This document shows positions 21,873-32,800 of a stretch of 64,000 bases of DNA, piece after piece (the first letter of the stretch is position 1; the number at the start of each line of letters is the position of its first letter). Under the pieces are notes generated by a model. That model saw only the letters and a program-made list of their open reading frames with translations. It ran no database searches and was not told the origin of the DNA. The DNA is from Promethearchaeia archaeon (GTDB lineage Archaea > Asgardarchaeota > Lokiarchaeia > Sigyniarchaeales > SOKP01). A program made the translations under genes and the position numbers. Where the stretch lies: assembly GCA_029856045.1 (NCBI GenBank), contig JAHQWG010000016.1, positions 480,001-544,000 on the forward strand, in the 5' to 3' direction.

Positions 21873-22736
21873 TTATTTTTTTTCCTTCAATTCTAGTATA
21901 AATCTATAAACAGAACCCCACATATAATCATCTTCTCTTTCTTTTACTTCGAAGTTATTGGTATGTAACCAGTTTTTTAAAGCTTTCTTTGTTTTATTAT
22001 CATAATCTCCAGTGATTTCTCCTTCATAGAATCTATCGCCTTTTAGTATCTCTTTTACGATTTTCAGTACTTCTCCCTCTAACTTGATAATGTCGTTGGG
22101 ATCATCTCTTTGAAGCAAGCACATATCATAAATCTCAAATACTTTTCGCAGCTCACGGATAGGATTAGGGTGCTCATCAACTCGAATGTCAATATATCTA
22201 TCTGTACCTCCATCATATGCTCCTTTTTCTTTTACTATTAGAATTGCAGCTGATTCTCGACCTCTCTTATCACCACCCTGTTCTTGTCCGGCTTCTAATG
22301 TGGCTAATAGTTTTTCTATCAAATCACCCTTAGTCTCCAGAAATGCCTTTGACATTGCTGATACGACCTTTTCTGAAGCCAAAATATTTCCTTGGCATGC
22401 ATGGTTTTTTCCGATTATATGTCCAGCCCAATCAAAGCATTCTTTTCCTGTAAATGATGCTGTGTTACCATAAGAATCTGCAACACCTACCTGTCTTTGT
22501 TCTTTTAAATCATCATGCTCAATCAATTTTTCAATCGTTTCTTCAGCTGTGAGACCCTCTATAAGTAAAGATAATCCCTTAGGACCATAACTGGTATTAG
22601 CATAAGCTTGAGTTGCAATTGCTCCAACACCTGCCTTTGCAAATGGGACTATTGCTCCTACAGCAACAAATTTTGATTGAACTGCAACACCCCATTCATT
22701 ATTTTTTGGGTCATATGCCACAATTGAAAATGTCAT
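21873..22736 (-). CDS. DUF1028 (Ntn-hydrolase-like) protein with C-terminal PG-binding-like domain
   Basis: MTFSIVA, GVAVQSK, GAIATQ, QGNIL, GGDKRG.ESAA, DIRVDEH motifs. Confidence 0.9.
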   Translation of the reverse strand: MTFSIVAYDPKNNEWGVAVQSKFVAVGAIVPFAKAGVGAIATQAYANTSYGPKGLSLLIEGLTAEETIEKLIEHDDLKEQRQVGVADSYGNTASFTGKECFDWAGHIIGKNHACQGNILASEKVVSAMSKAFLETKGDLIEKLLATLEAGQEQGGDKRGRESAAILIVKEKGAYDGGTDRYIDIRVDEHPNPIRELRKVFEIYDMCLLQRDDPNDIIKLEGEVLKIVKEILKGDRFYEGEITGDYDNKTKKALKNWLHTNNFEVKEREDDYMWGSVYRFILELKEKK

Positions 22737-22899
22737 AATAAATTTCAGTTATTTTATTAGATCATATTTTAAAAATGAAATTATACTTTAAAGAAGTAGC
22801 AATAAATAATGGTTATAAGTTTTTTTGATGAATTTTAATAATATCAATATAGAAAACTAAATATTTACTATTAATTATTTTATCTTTGGAGTGACTTAG

Positions 22900-23772
22900 A
22901 TGGAGATATATTTCCGAGCATTAAAAATTGAAGATATTCCTGCTATCAAAGATATTAGCAAATATATCTGGGAAGGTGATGATTATATCCCAAATGTTAT
23001 AGAAGAGTGGCTTCAACAAAAGGAATGTATGAATTACGGAGCTTTTAAAGATGAAGAAAAAAATAATTTAATTGGATTTGGGAGGATTAAAATATTGTCA
23101 AAAGATTTAGTGTGGTTGGAAGGTGGGCGAGTAAAATTTTTACTTCAACACCAGGGGATTGGCAAGGCGATGATAAAATATGCATTAGAATATGCTAAAC
23201 AAATTAAGGCAAAAACCGCTCAATATAGTACTTGGTCTAAAAATTTTGGTTCAATTTCGCTTGCTAAAAAATTTGGATTTCAAAAAAAGGAGATAATGGA
23301 TATCCTTGAATCAGATATAAAGACTCTCAAGCTAATTAACAAACCCTCTTCAGAAGTTGAGAATATCTCAGCAAAAGAAGCATTAAAAATTTATAGAATT
23401 ATACCAAATGGTCCAGGAGATGAATTGTGTGTTGGTTGGTCCTATATCCCCTTAAAATTAGAATATCTTGTGAATAATAACTGGCATTGGATAAAAAATT
23501 CTAGAGCAATTTTACAAATAATTGAATTTAAAAGAACACACTTTCAAGAAGATCCAAAAAATAATGAAATTTGGATGATTGTGTATGGAGAACCAACAGC
23601 AGTTCGCGAGTTATTACAACATATTATTCAAAATGAGCTTCAAACTAAAGATTTTGAAAAAATCATGGTTTTTTGTCATCCTAAAATTACAGCAATAATT
23701 AAAGAAATTGGATTCTCATATTATGACGGCGATCTCTCCGGTGTGTTATTGTTTGAAAAACATTTGGGCTAA
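22900..23772 (+). CDS. GNAT-family acetyltransferase
   Basis: WLEGGRV...QHQGIG acetyl-CoA motif A; N..SI.LA.KFGF. Confidence 0.85.
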   Translation: MEIYFRALKIEDIPAIKDISKYIWEGDDYIPNVIEEWLQQKECMNYGAFKDEEKNNLIGFGRIKILSKDLVWLEGGRVKFLLQHQGIGKAMIKYALEYAKQIKAKTAQYSTWSKNFGSISLAKKFGFQKKEIMDILESDIKTLKLINKPSSEVENISAKEALKIYRIIPNGPGDELCVGWSYIPLKLEYLVNNNWHWIKNSRAILQIIEFKRTHFQEDPKNNEIWMIVYGEPTAVRELLQHIIQNELQTKDFEKIMVFCHPKITAIIKEIGFSYYDGDLSGVLLFEKHLG

Positions 23773-23917
23773 AAAAAACAATTTCTCTATTTCAACTTTT
23801 AGTGAATGCTTTATTATAAGTGAAATAATTAAAATCACCTACAATATAAAGAACTTACGTAGTATCACATAGAAGTATTAGATATATAATGAAAATTTTA
23901 GAAAAATAAAAGAAGAA

Positions 23918-25651
23918 TTACATTTTTCTTAAGACTTTCTTATCTACTTTACCCACGGAAGTTAAAGGCATCTGTTCAAGAATTTTTATTATCCTAGGTA
24001 CCTTATATTTGGCTAAATTATCTTCCGCAAATTTTAAAATATCTACTTTTATTTCTTCAGAGTCTTTATATCCTTCTTTTAGAAGTACAAATAATTTTAC
24101 TATTTCAGAGCCTGGACGATCTGGGTCAGGAATGCCAACGGTAGATGCAAGTTCAATTGCTGGATGTTTATTTATTTTATCGTCAACCTCAACACTGAAA
24201 ACTTTATAGCCGCTAACTATTATCATATCTTTTGTACGGTCAACTATTCTTATATAACCATCCTCGTCCATTACCCCTACATCTCCAGAATAAAACCAAC
24301 CCTCTTTTAGAGCATTTCTTGTCTCCTCTGGTTTATTCCAATAACCCTTAAAAATTTGGGGGCCCCTTATAACAATCTCACCAGCCTTACCAATAGGTAC
24401 TTCTTTTTCTCTATCACTAACATCTACTAATTTTACTTCTGTATTTGGAAGAGGAACACCAACAGTTCCAATTTTTTTTTCCCCAAGATAAGGGTTCATA
24501 GTAACACCGGGAGATGCCTCTGTCATACCATAAGCTTCTAAAACTTTGCCTTTACCAACTAACCCTTCAAATTCATTGATACTTTCTGTTGCAAAAGGAG
24601 CTGCGCCAGAAATAAAACCTTTGATAGAACTGAAATCTAACTTTTTAAATTTTCGATTGGTTAAAAGCATCAAATAAAGAGTGGGAACGTTATATGCTAA
24701 GGAAATTTTACCTTCATATTCTTTCATTTTATTTGCAATATAAGCCGTATCCCTGGGATTAGCTACTAAGATTTGAGCTGCTGCGTTATATACTGTCTGT
24801 AAATTGAATTGTAATCCCGCTAAATGAAAGAAAGGAAATCCAGAAATATAATAATCATCTCCTGGATTAGCAACTGGTTCAAACCAATGATAAACCAGTT
24901 GCATCATCGATATCATATTTTCATGTGTAAGTATTGCTCCCTTTGGAGGACCGGTGGTTCCGCCTGTATATTGAAGTAATGCGATGTCTTTTTTTGGATC
25001 AATTTTAATTTCAGGAGTTTTTTCACTTGAATAATTTGCTAAAATTTCTTTAAAGGTAAAAAATTTTATACCTTCTATTGGTACGACTTCACCACAAGGA
25101 ATTTTACCGATTTTTATTAATTTTTCTTTCATTTCTGGCTCTAAATCTAAAGTATCTGCAATATTTGTTGTTATCACGATTTTAACATCTGTCCCTCCCA
25201 TAGAAAGAGCTTCACGCACATTTTCTTCATAAAAAGAATCCATTGTTATTAGAGCAACTGCTCCGCTGTCTTTTAATTGATAAGCTATTTCATTTGATTT
25301 CAAGAGAAAATTCATCCCACTTTGAACACATCCAGCATAAAAGGTTCCAAATAAGGCTATAATATATTGAGGGCAATTAGGTAGATTTATTACAACTCTA
25401 TCGCCCTTTTTAACGCCATTCTCTACAAGAAAATTAGCAAAACTAATAATTAATTTTTCTGCTTCCTGAAATGTTTTACAATCTCCTTGAAAATCGTAAC
25501 AAAGGCTCTTTGGAAATTGTCTTGCTGTTTTCTTCATCATATCAGCCAAAGACATTAACTCTAAATCAATCTCTGGCTTTACATGCTCATCATAAGATTT
25601 TAACCATATTTTTGAAGCATAGGGACTTTTTTCGTTAGAATTTTTACTCAT
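23918..25651 (-). CDS. Long-chain acyl-CoA synthetase (AMP-forming)
   Basis: YTGGTTGPPKG, YGMTE, SGD.G, DR.KD, GKV..K motifs. Confidence 0.93.
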   Translation of the reverse strand: MSKNSNEKSPYASKIWLKSYDEHVKPEIDLELMSLADMMKKTARQFPKSLCYDFQGDCKTFQEAEKLIISFANFLVENGVKKGDRVVINLPNCPQYIIALFGTFYAGCVQSGMNFLLKSNEIAYQLKDSGAVALITMDSFYEENVREALSMGGTDVKIVITTNIADTLDLEPEMKEKLIKIGKIPCGEVVPIEGIKFFTFKEILANYSSEKTPEIKIDPKKDIALLQYTGGTTGPPKGAILTHENMISMMQLVYHWFEPVANPGDDYYISGFPFFHLAGLQFNLQTVYNAAAQILVANPRDTAYIANKMKEYEGKISLAYNVPTLYLMLLTNRKFKKLDFSSIKGFISGAAPFATESINEFEGLVGKGKVLEAYGMTEASPGVTMNPYLGEKKIGTVGVPLPNTEVKLVDVSDREKEVPIGKAGEIVIRGPQIFKGYWNKPEETRNALKEGWFYSGDVGVMDEDGYIRIVDRTKDMIIVSGYKVFSVEVDDKINKHPAIELASTVGIPDPDRPGSEIVKLFVLLKEGYKDSEEIKVDILKFAEDNLAKYKVPRIIKILEQMPLTSVGKVDKKVLRKM

Positions 25652-25750
25652 TTTTGATCAATTCAAAAAAAAAAATTATTGATTTTGATTAATTCTAATA
25701 ATAAGATTTGCGATAAATTAATATTTAAAATTAACTAACTTTGAAGTTCG

Positions 25751-27553
25751 TTATACGGAATAATATTTAGAAATAAGTTCTTCTATTATTTTTTCATTTA
25801 AATCAAATAAAGTAAAAATTAATTTATCAATATCTCTTTTATATAATTCTATTTTCCCTAAATCTTGCAAGGAATTAGCAATTAAATCTCTTGAAAGTTT
25901 CCGAATAGTTTTATAAATATCCCTTTTTTTTTGAGTTTTAAGATTCTCAAAACTAATAATGGGTATCTCATTTTCAAGTTTACTTTTGGATCTTTTAATT
26001 TCTAATCCTTTTGCATAAAAAATGAACCTCATCAATTTAGAATTTAAATAAGCAATTAAAAAAAGATAATCCGCTTTCTTTCCATCATTGTGTAAAAAAT
26101 AGGTATCTGATGTTGCATAAAAAGGGTTTTTTGTAAATCCAAAAATATTTTCCTTTGAAATATAAGAAAAAAATATTTTTAGTTGGTTTTCATAATAAGG
26201 TTCTAAGTATTCAATTCCACTTTCATTTCTCAAGTTATGAATTTTAAAACCACGTCTCGGAAATAACCAATTTCCTGGAGATTCTTTGCATTTAATTAAG
26301 GTATTTTTCAGGTCATCTTCAAATTGATATAAATATCTCATTAAAACCGGGTATTTTTTATCTGGGTCAAAATTATCAGATTCAATTTCATTCTTATCAA
26401 AAAATATCATCCATCCTAAATATTCATCTTCATTAAAACCATACTGATGAATAGATCTCCCTTTATATATTTTCTTCAAGCGATTTTTTTCAAATTCATT
26501 TAGTTTTAAATGATCTTTTTCAATTTTGAGGAAAAAATCTCCATTTTTTCTAATAATATTCTCATTTTCCTTTAAAATAAATATATTATCTTTAATGGAA
26601 ATTATACCATTTCTTATTTGAAAAAAATCTTTTAGATATATAATTCTCCCACTATCATTTTTACATGTATTTTCGATTTTATCTATAATTACTTTTACGT
26701 CCTCAGGAAAAAGAAGATTCCAACTCCCATTTTTTTTCAAACATTGATTTGTTATCGCGCTATCATATGATATAGAATTAAAATCAACAAATTGAAAAAT
26801 AGAATTACAATTTTGAAATTTCGAGTGTTTCTTGAATTGAATAATTCTAATTTTTTTCTCCGTTTTATTTCTTTTTTCCTCGTTGTTTTTCTTTTGTAAG
26901 ATGAAAATACAATTATGCTGCCCCGGAGCGTCTTTAAAAACTTTCAAATTTGTTAAATCTACATAAGTTTTGAGAAAGCATTCTTCTATAATATGGGGTT
27001 TTAATTTTGCTACACCTGTTTTTTCTCCCTTTTTTATCCAATAATTCGTTGTAATGAAGCATAATAAACCTCCAGGTCTTAATTTTCGAATACCTAAATG
27101 AAGAAACCAGTAAAATAAATCCATATTTCCACAAAAAAACTCTTTACAAATTGGATATTTACGAATATAACCTTGGAATATTTCTGAAGCATAATTTTGT
27201 CCAAGATATGGAGGGTTTCCTATTATTAAATCATATTTTTCATCTTCATTTGATTCTAAAAAATTAGAATTTTTTAATTTTATATTATCTCCAAATTTTT
27301 TTTTTAGCAGATTATAATAATACTTATCAATCTCAAACGCTGTAATGTTTTTATAACCATATTCGATGAGTGTTTTAAGAAAAGCACCATCGCCAGCAGC
27401 AGGTTCTAAAAGAGATAAATTTAAAACTTTAAAATCATCCAAGTTATTATCCTCTTTAAACACTTTCATAACTAAATTTACCATAAACTCGGTAATAGAA
27501 GTAGAGGTAAAATATTGACCAAAGTTTTGTTTTTGACAGGGTTTTAAAGTCAT
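25751..27553 (-). CDS. N6-adenine DNA methyltransferase, gamma class (TaqI/Eco57I-like), apparently orphan
   Basis: GQYFT motif X, LEPAAGDGAF motif I, IIGNPPY motif IV, C-terminal TRD with YLNS. Confidence 0.88.
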   Translation of the reverse strand: MTLKPCQKQNFGQYFTSTSITEFMVNLVMKVFKEDNNLDDFKVLNLSLLEPAAGDGAFLKTLIEYGYKNITAFEIDKYYYNLLKKKFGDNIKLKNSNFLESNEDEKYDLIIGNPPYLGQNYASEIFQGYIRKYPICKEFFCGNMDLFYWFLHLGIRKLRPGGLLCFITTNYWIKKGEKTGVAKLKPHIIEECFLKTYVDLTNLKVFKDAPGQHNCIFILQKKNNEEKRNKTEKKIRIIQFKKHSKFQNCNSIFQFVDFNSISYDSAITNQCLKKNGSWNLLFPEDVKVIIDKIENTCKNDSGRIIYLKDFFQIRNGIISIKDNIFILKENENIIRKNGDFFLKIEKDHLKLNEFEKNRLKKIYKGRSIHQYGFNEDEYLGWMIFFDKNEIESDNFDPDKKYPVLMRYLYQFEDDLKNTLIKCKESPGNWLFPRRGFKIHNLRNESGIEYLEPYYENQLKIFFSYISKENIFGFTKNPFYATSDTYFLHNDGKKADYLFLIAYLNSKLMRFIFYAKGLEIKRSKSKLENEIPIISFENLKTQKKRDIYKTIRKLSRDLIANSLQDLGKIELYKRDIDKLIFTLFDLNEKIIEELISKYYSV

Positions 27554-27845
27554 ATTTGCATTTTATTTATTTTATTCCTTTTAAAATATTGAAAATATCT
27601 TCATATGATACTAAAAAAATCTATACGATCTATTAGAGTTCTAAAATTCTTTAAGATTAAATATATAATTATATGAATTTTTACTATATTTTTTTAATTC
27701 TATAGTTTATACACAATAAGTAAAATCTTTTTAAGCTATAGGTCTTTTTTATTAATGATAATACTAAATTCTAAAAAAGTCATACTAGATATTGAAATGT
27801 TTTTTTACTCAAGGGAAAAAGAAAACTTATGTTTAAACTATTAAA

Positions 27846-29858
27846 ATGACACATTATAAAGCATATCCTTTTACTGCTATTGTTGGACAAGATTTAATGA
27901 AATTAGCTTTGTTATTAAATGCTATAAATCCAAAAATCAGTGGAGTTTTAATAAAAGGCACAAAAGGAACTGGAAAATCTACGGCAGTAAGGGCATTAGC
28001 AGATCTACTCCCAGAAATTGAAGTTATAAAAGATTGTCCATTTAATTGCAATCCTTACAATTTAAAAGAAGCATGCCATGCATGTCAGGACAGAATAATT
28101 GCTGAAAATTTAAAGGAAAAAGATACAGAATTTCGAAAAATGCAAGTGATAAATCTTCCAATTAATGCTACTGAAGATAGAGTTATAGGCACAATAGATA
28201 TTAAGAAAGCTTTAGAGGAAGGTTTAAAAGCTTTAGAGCCCGGAATTTTAGCAGAAGCAAATAGGAATATATTATATATTGATGAAGTTAATCTTCTTGC
28301 CGATAATGTAGCTGATGTTCTGTTAGATAGTGCAGCAATGGGAATTAATATAATTGAAAGGGAAGGAATAAGCCTTCATCACCCATCAACTTTTATTTTG
28401 GTAGGTACGATGAATCCTGAAGAAGGAAATTTAAGACCTCAGCTTCTAGATCGTTTTGGATTAAGCATTGATGTGGAAAGAATTGAAGATATCGATAAGA
28501 GGGTTCTCATCACGAAATATGCAGAAGAATATCAAAATGATCCTAATTTATTCTATAAAAAATTCAAAAAAAAGCAAAAAGAATTAAAAAATAAAATAGT
28601 AAATGCTCGAAAAATTTTACACTCAGTAGAAATTTCAGATAACCAGCTAAAACAAACAAGTAAGATCTGTGTAAAATTAAAAGTTGACGGTCATAGAGCA
28701 GATATTACAATAAGTAGAACTGCTAAATCAATTGCTGCATTCCATGGTCGAAAATTTGTAGAGGATGATGATATTAAGACCGCAGCAAAATTAGCTTTAT
28801 CACATCGCTTAAGACGATTACCCTTTGAAGATAAAACATTAGATGAGAGCGAACTCGAAAACTTATTTGATAATAAAGAAGATGAAGTAAAAAAAGAATC
28901 AAATGATATCCAACAAGAAAAAAAACAGTTAGAAGTGGAGCCTAATCAAATTGATAACAATCTGTTAAATAATATACAGAATGATAATCAAACTTATAAT
29001 TTACGGGAAGAAACATTTGAAATTAAAGAAAATGTTATAGCCGATCAAATCATAAAGAATAAAAAAATAAGAGAGGTTATGAATACTTCTGGAAAAAGAG
29101 TTATACACCCAACATATAGCCCTCATGGGAAATATGTAGGTTCTGAGAAAAAAAGAGAAATAAATATGCCTAATTCTACGGATATTGCCTTCAATGAGAC
29201 ATTAAATGAAGCTGCATTGGACGCTTTTAAAAATGGTAATAAATTAGAAATAAAAGGAGAGCACATTCACATTAAAAAAAGAATGGGAAAATCTAGTTAT
29301 TTAATTATTTTCTGTGTAGATGCTTCAGGATCTATGGGTATTAAGGACCGAATGGAAACTGTTAAAGGAGCAATTTATTCTATTTTACAAACTAACTATA
29401 TTCATCGTGATAAAGTTTCTCTTATTGTGTTTCGTCAAGATAGGGCTGAAACTATTTTACCACCCACCAGAAGTACTGACTTAGCTTATAAGTTATTAAA
29501 AGATATTCCGACAGGAGGGACTACACCTCTAGCAGCAGGATTGCTAAAGGCGTTGGATGTAGCTAAAGAAGAAATTCGAAAAAAAAGTGGTTATATCCCT
29601 TTAATTATATTATTAACTGATGCAAGAGGCAACGTCTATTTTAAAGATGCAATTGAAGATGTATTAAAAATTGGTAAGGAAATTGCTCAACAAGAAATAA
29701 ATTTAATTGTTATGGATACAGAATTTTCAGATGTAAAATTGGATTTCTCTAAAAAATTAGCAAATGTTGCAAACGCCGTATATTACCATATAGATCATCT
29801 AGATCAGGAAGATTTAAATGAAATTTTAACCATTGAAGGAATTTTTGAAAATATTTAA
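27846..29858 (+). CDS. Class I chelatase ATPase subunit (ChlI-like AAA+ fused to ChlD-like vWA)
   Basis: [37 protein letters not shown]; charged linker; DASGSM MIDAS, GGTTPL, TD.R.N. Confidence 0.93.
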   Translation: MTHYKAYPFTAIVGQDLMKLALLLNAINPKISGVLIKGTKGTGKSTAVRALADLLPEIEVIKDCPFNCNPYNLKEACHACQDRIIAENLKEKDTEFRKMQVINLPINATEDRVIGTIDIKKALEEGLKALEPGILAEANRNILYIDEVNLLADNVADVLLDSAAMGINIIEREGISLHHPSTFILVGTMNPEEGNLRPQLLDRFGLSIDVERIEDIDKRVLITKYAEEYQNDPNLFYKKFKKKQKELKNKIVNARKILHSVEISDNQLKQTSKICVKLKVDGHRADITISRTAKSIAAFHGRKFVEDDDIKTAAKLALSHRLRRLPFEDKTLDESELENLFDNKEDEVKKESNDIQQEKKQLEVEPNQIDNNLLNNIQNDNQTYNLREETFEIKENVIADQIIKNKKIREVMNTSGKRVIHPTYSPHGKYVGSEKKREINMPNSTDIAFNETLNEAALDAFKNGNKLEIKGEHIHIKKRMGKSSYLIIFCVDASGSMGIKDRMETVKGAIYSILQTNYIHRDKVSLIVFRQDRAETILPPTRSTDLAYKLLKDIPTGGTTPLAAGLLKALDVAKEEIRKKSGYIPLIILLTDARGNVYFKDAIEDVLKIGKEIAQQEINLIVMDTEFSDVKLDFSKKLANVANAVYYHIDHLDQEDLNEILTIEGIFENI

Positions 29859-29877
29859 CTTTTTTTAGTGCATTATT

Positions 29878-32800
29878 ATGGGAAAAAAAATTAATATTGA
29901 TAGAAAAATCCCAAAAATTACACTTATTTCAGCTAGTATTTTTATGAAACATATAACTGATGGTATTCAAGAAATCTATAATGAATTAGGCAAAATTTTT
30001 GAATTTAAGAGTTATTTTTTAAATGATGTAGATTCTGGAAAAGTCAAAAAAGAAGACTTTATCAAAAAAATCTATGAATCAGAGGTTATGCTTATTGACA
30101 TTCGTGGAAATTGCCCTACTGTTGAGATTTTAGTTGAAACATACGATAAAATGGAAAGAGAAAACCCTGAACTCTTCCAAGAAAAAACTATTGTTGCGCT
30201 TGTCGGAGGAAACAGTGAAATAAGGAGGCTTACTCAAATGGGTCCCTTTTTGGCGCGAAAAATACCTGCTCCTAAAAGCACAGAATATGGAACCGATGAG
30301 ATACCCGATTTGACTACCGCGGTAAGGTTTGGGCAAAAAATGACCGAAATGATGAGGTTCTTAGGAAGAATATTGCCAATTAAATCACTTAGGCACGCGC
30401 GTTATTGGGTTCTTATGATGAATTATTGGACTTATGGCTTTGCAGGGATGGCATCAAATCATAAAAATATGATTTTATTTCTTTTAAAACATTATTTAGG
30501 ACACAAGGATTTAGATGTATCTAAACCGGCAAAAATTCCATCATATGGAATTTATGATGTTAAAATGAATAAATATTTTGATAAATTAGATGATTACTTA
30601 ATTGAAAAACCTTTAAACGCGAATAAACAAACAATTGGCCTTTTTTATTATGGAGGTCTTTATTTTGAACAATCATTACCTATTGTTGAGGAATTTACTA
30701 ATTATTTATCAGATTATAATATAATTCCCGTGTTTTCAGATATTTTGACTAATGTGGAAGCACATGAGAAATTCTTTTTTAAAAAAGGATTAAAAATTGT
30801 TAGCCTAATCATAAATCTTCAATATTTTCAACTAAATGGCGGACCTTTGGGAGGTGATGGCTCAGTTACATTGGAATTATTCAAAAAAATGGATATACCA
30901 CATTTCAATCCAATTATTCAATTTGATATGTCTTACGAGGAATATCAAAATTCACAAGAAGGAATTATTCCAATTAATCAAATCATTGCGGTGGTAATGC
31001 CCGAATTGGACGGACGATTCGAAATGCTAACAGTTGGATGCATGAAAAATTTAGGTTATTCAGAAGAGATACATTCAGATGTCTTAGAAGTGGCACCATT
31101 AACAGAAAATATTAAATTCACAACTGAAAGAATAAGAAAATGGCTTAATTTACGAGAAAAATTAAATTCCGAAAAAAAAATTGCAATTATTATCTATAAT
31201 TACCCCCCAGGAGAAGATAAAATAGGAAATGCTGCATATTTAGATGTTTCAGAGTCATTGAGAAATTTATTAAACACTTTAAAAAAAGAAGGATATGCTA
31301 TAGAAAGTTTGCCCGAAGATAAAAACCTTGCAGAAATTTTTCTCAAAAATGGTTCTGTTAATAGTCCAAAATATACAAGTGTAGATAATTTTAATGGTAC
31401 ACTCTTAAGTAAAGGCAAATATTTAGAGTATTTTAATAGTTTGTCTAATAAGCTTCAACAAGAAATCATAGAATTTTGGGGTGAACCAATTGGAAAGATC
31501 ATGGTTGAAAATTCAAGCATAAAATTGCCAATTACTCAACTTAAAAATATTTATATCTGTTTACAGCCTTCCAGAAGCACTGTTTCAGGTGATCCTAATG
31601 ATTATCACAATAAAAATTTACCTCCTCATCATCAATATCTCGCCTTTTATAGATATATTGAAGATATAATAAAAGCTGACGCGATAATTCACATTGGAAC
31701 TCATGGAACAGAAGAATTTTTACCAGGAAAGGAATGTGCTGGAAGCTTTAATGATTATAATCTTAATTTATTAGGGTCCTTACCGAACATATATTATTAT
31801 CATATAACTAATACAAGCGAATCAGCCATTGCGAAAAGAAGGGCAAATGCACTAATAATTAATCATGCAGGACCTTCTTTTAAAAATTCTGATTTATATG
31901 AAGATCTTGAAAGACTCGAATCTTTAATCGTAGAATATCAAAATCAGTTTTCATTAGGTTCTTCTAGCTCCGTTGAATCAGTTAAATCAGAAAGAATTCG
32001 AGATCTAGAAAAAGAAATAGACGAAATTGCAAAAGACTTAAATTTAGAATACAGGAGTATTTCAGAGCTTGAAGATCTCTTGTATAGATATAAAATCTCA
32101 ATAATCCCAATGGGATTGCATGTTTTAGGAAAAAATTATAATTTGGAAGAAAAGTTCGATTTAATACGAATGATTCTGATAAATTCTGGTGAAATACCTC
32201 CTGCTATCGAAAATATTGTTTCAAAATTTGGAACTAATGAAAGAGAGCAATCGGAGAATATCAAAGAGTATCTAATGGATATTATTAGAAAATTATCCTT
32301 ATTTGTTGAGATTAATAAGAATGTAGTTAAAAAAATTAGTAAGGAATTGGAAACTGAATATGATTTAACTCAAGAAGACCACAATTTAATGATTGAATGG
32401 ATAGGAAATCTCTTGGATAGAATGGATAATTCAATGGAAATGAGTAACATTATCCATGCATTAGAAGGGGGTTATATCGAACCGGGACTTGGAGGAGACC
32501 CAATAAGATCACCTCACATTTTTCCAACAGGTAGAAATTCTTTTGGCTTTGATCCGCGACTTATACCTAATACAACTGCTTATCGGCGTGGAGGGGAAAT
32601 CGCTGAAAAATTGATTCAAAATTATAAAAAAGAAAATAATAAATGGCCTCAAACTGTAAGTGTAGTTTTATGGGCTTTTGAAACCATGAAAACCGGTGGT
32701 GAGACAGTCGGGCAAATATTTAATTACTTAGGCGTGAGAGCTGTTAAAAATAAATCAATTTGGACTACTGAACTCGAGGTAATACCGCTTGAAGAATTGA

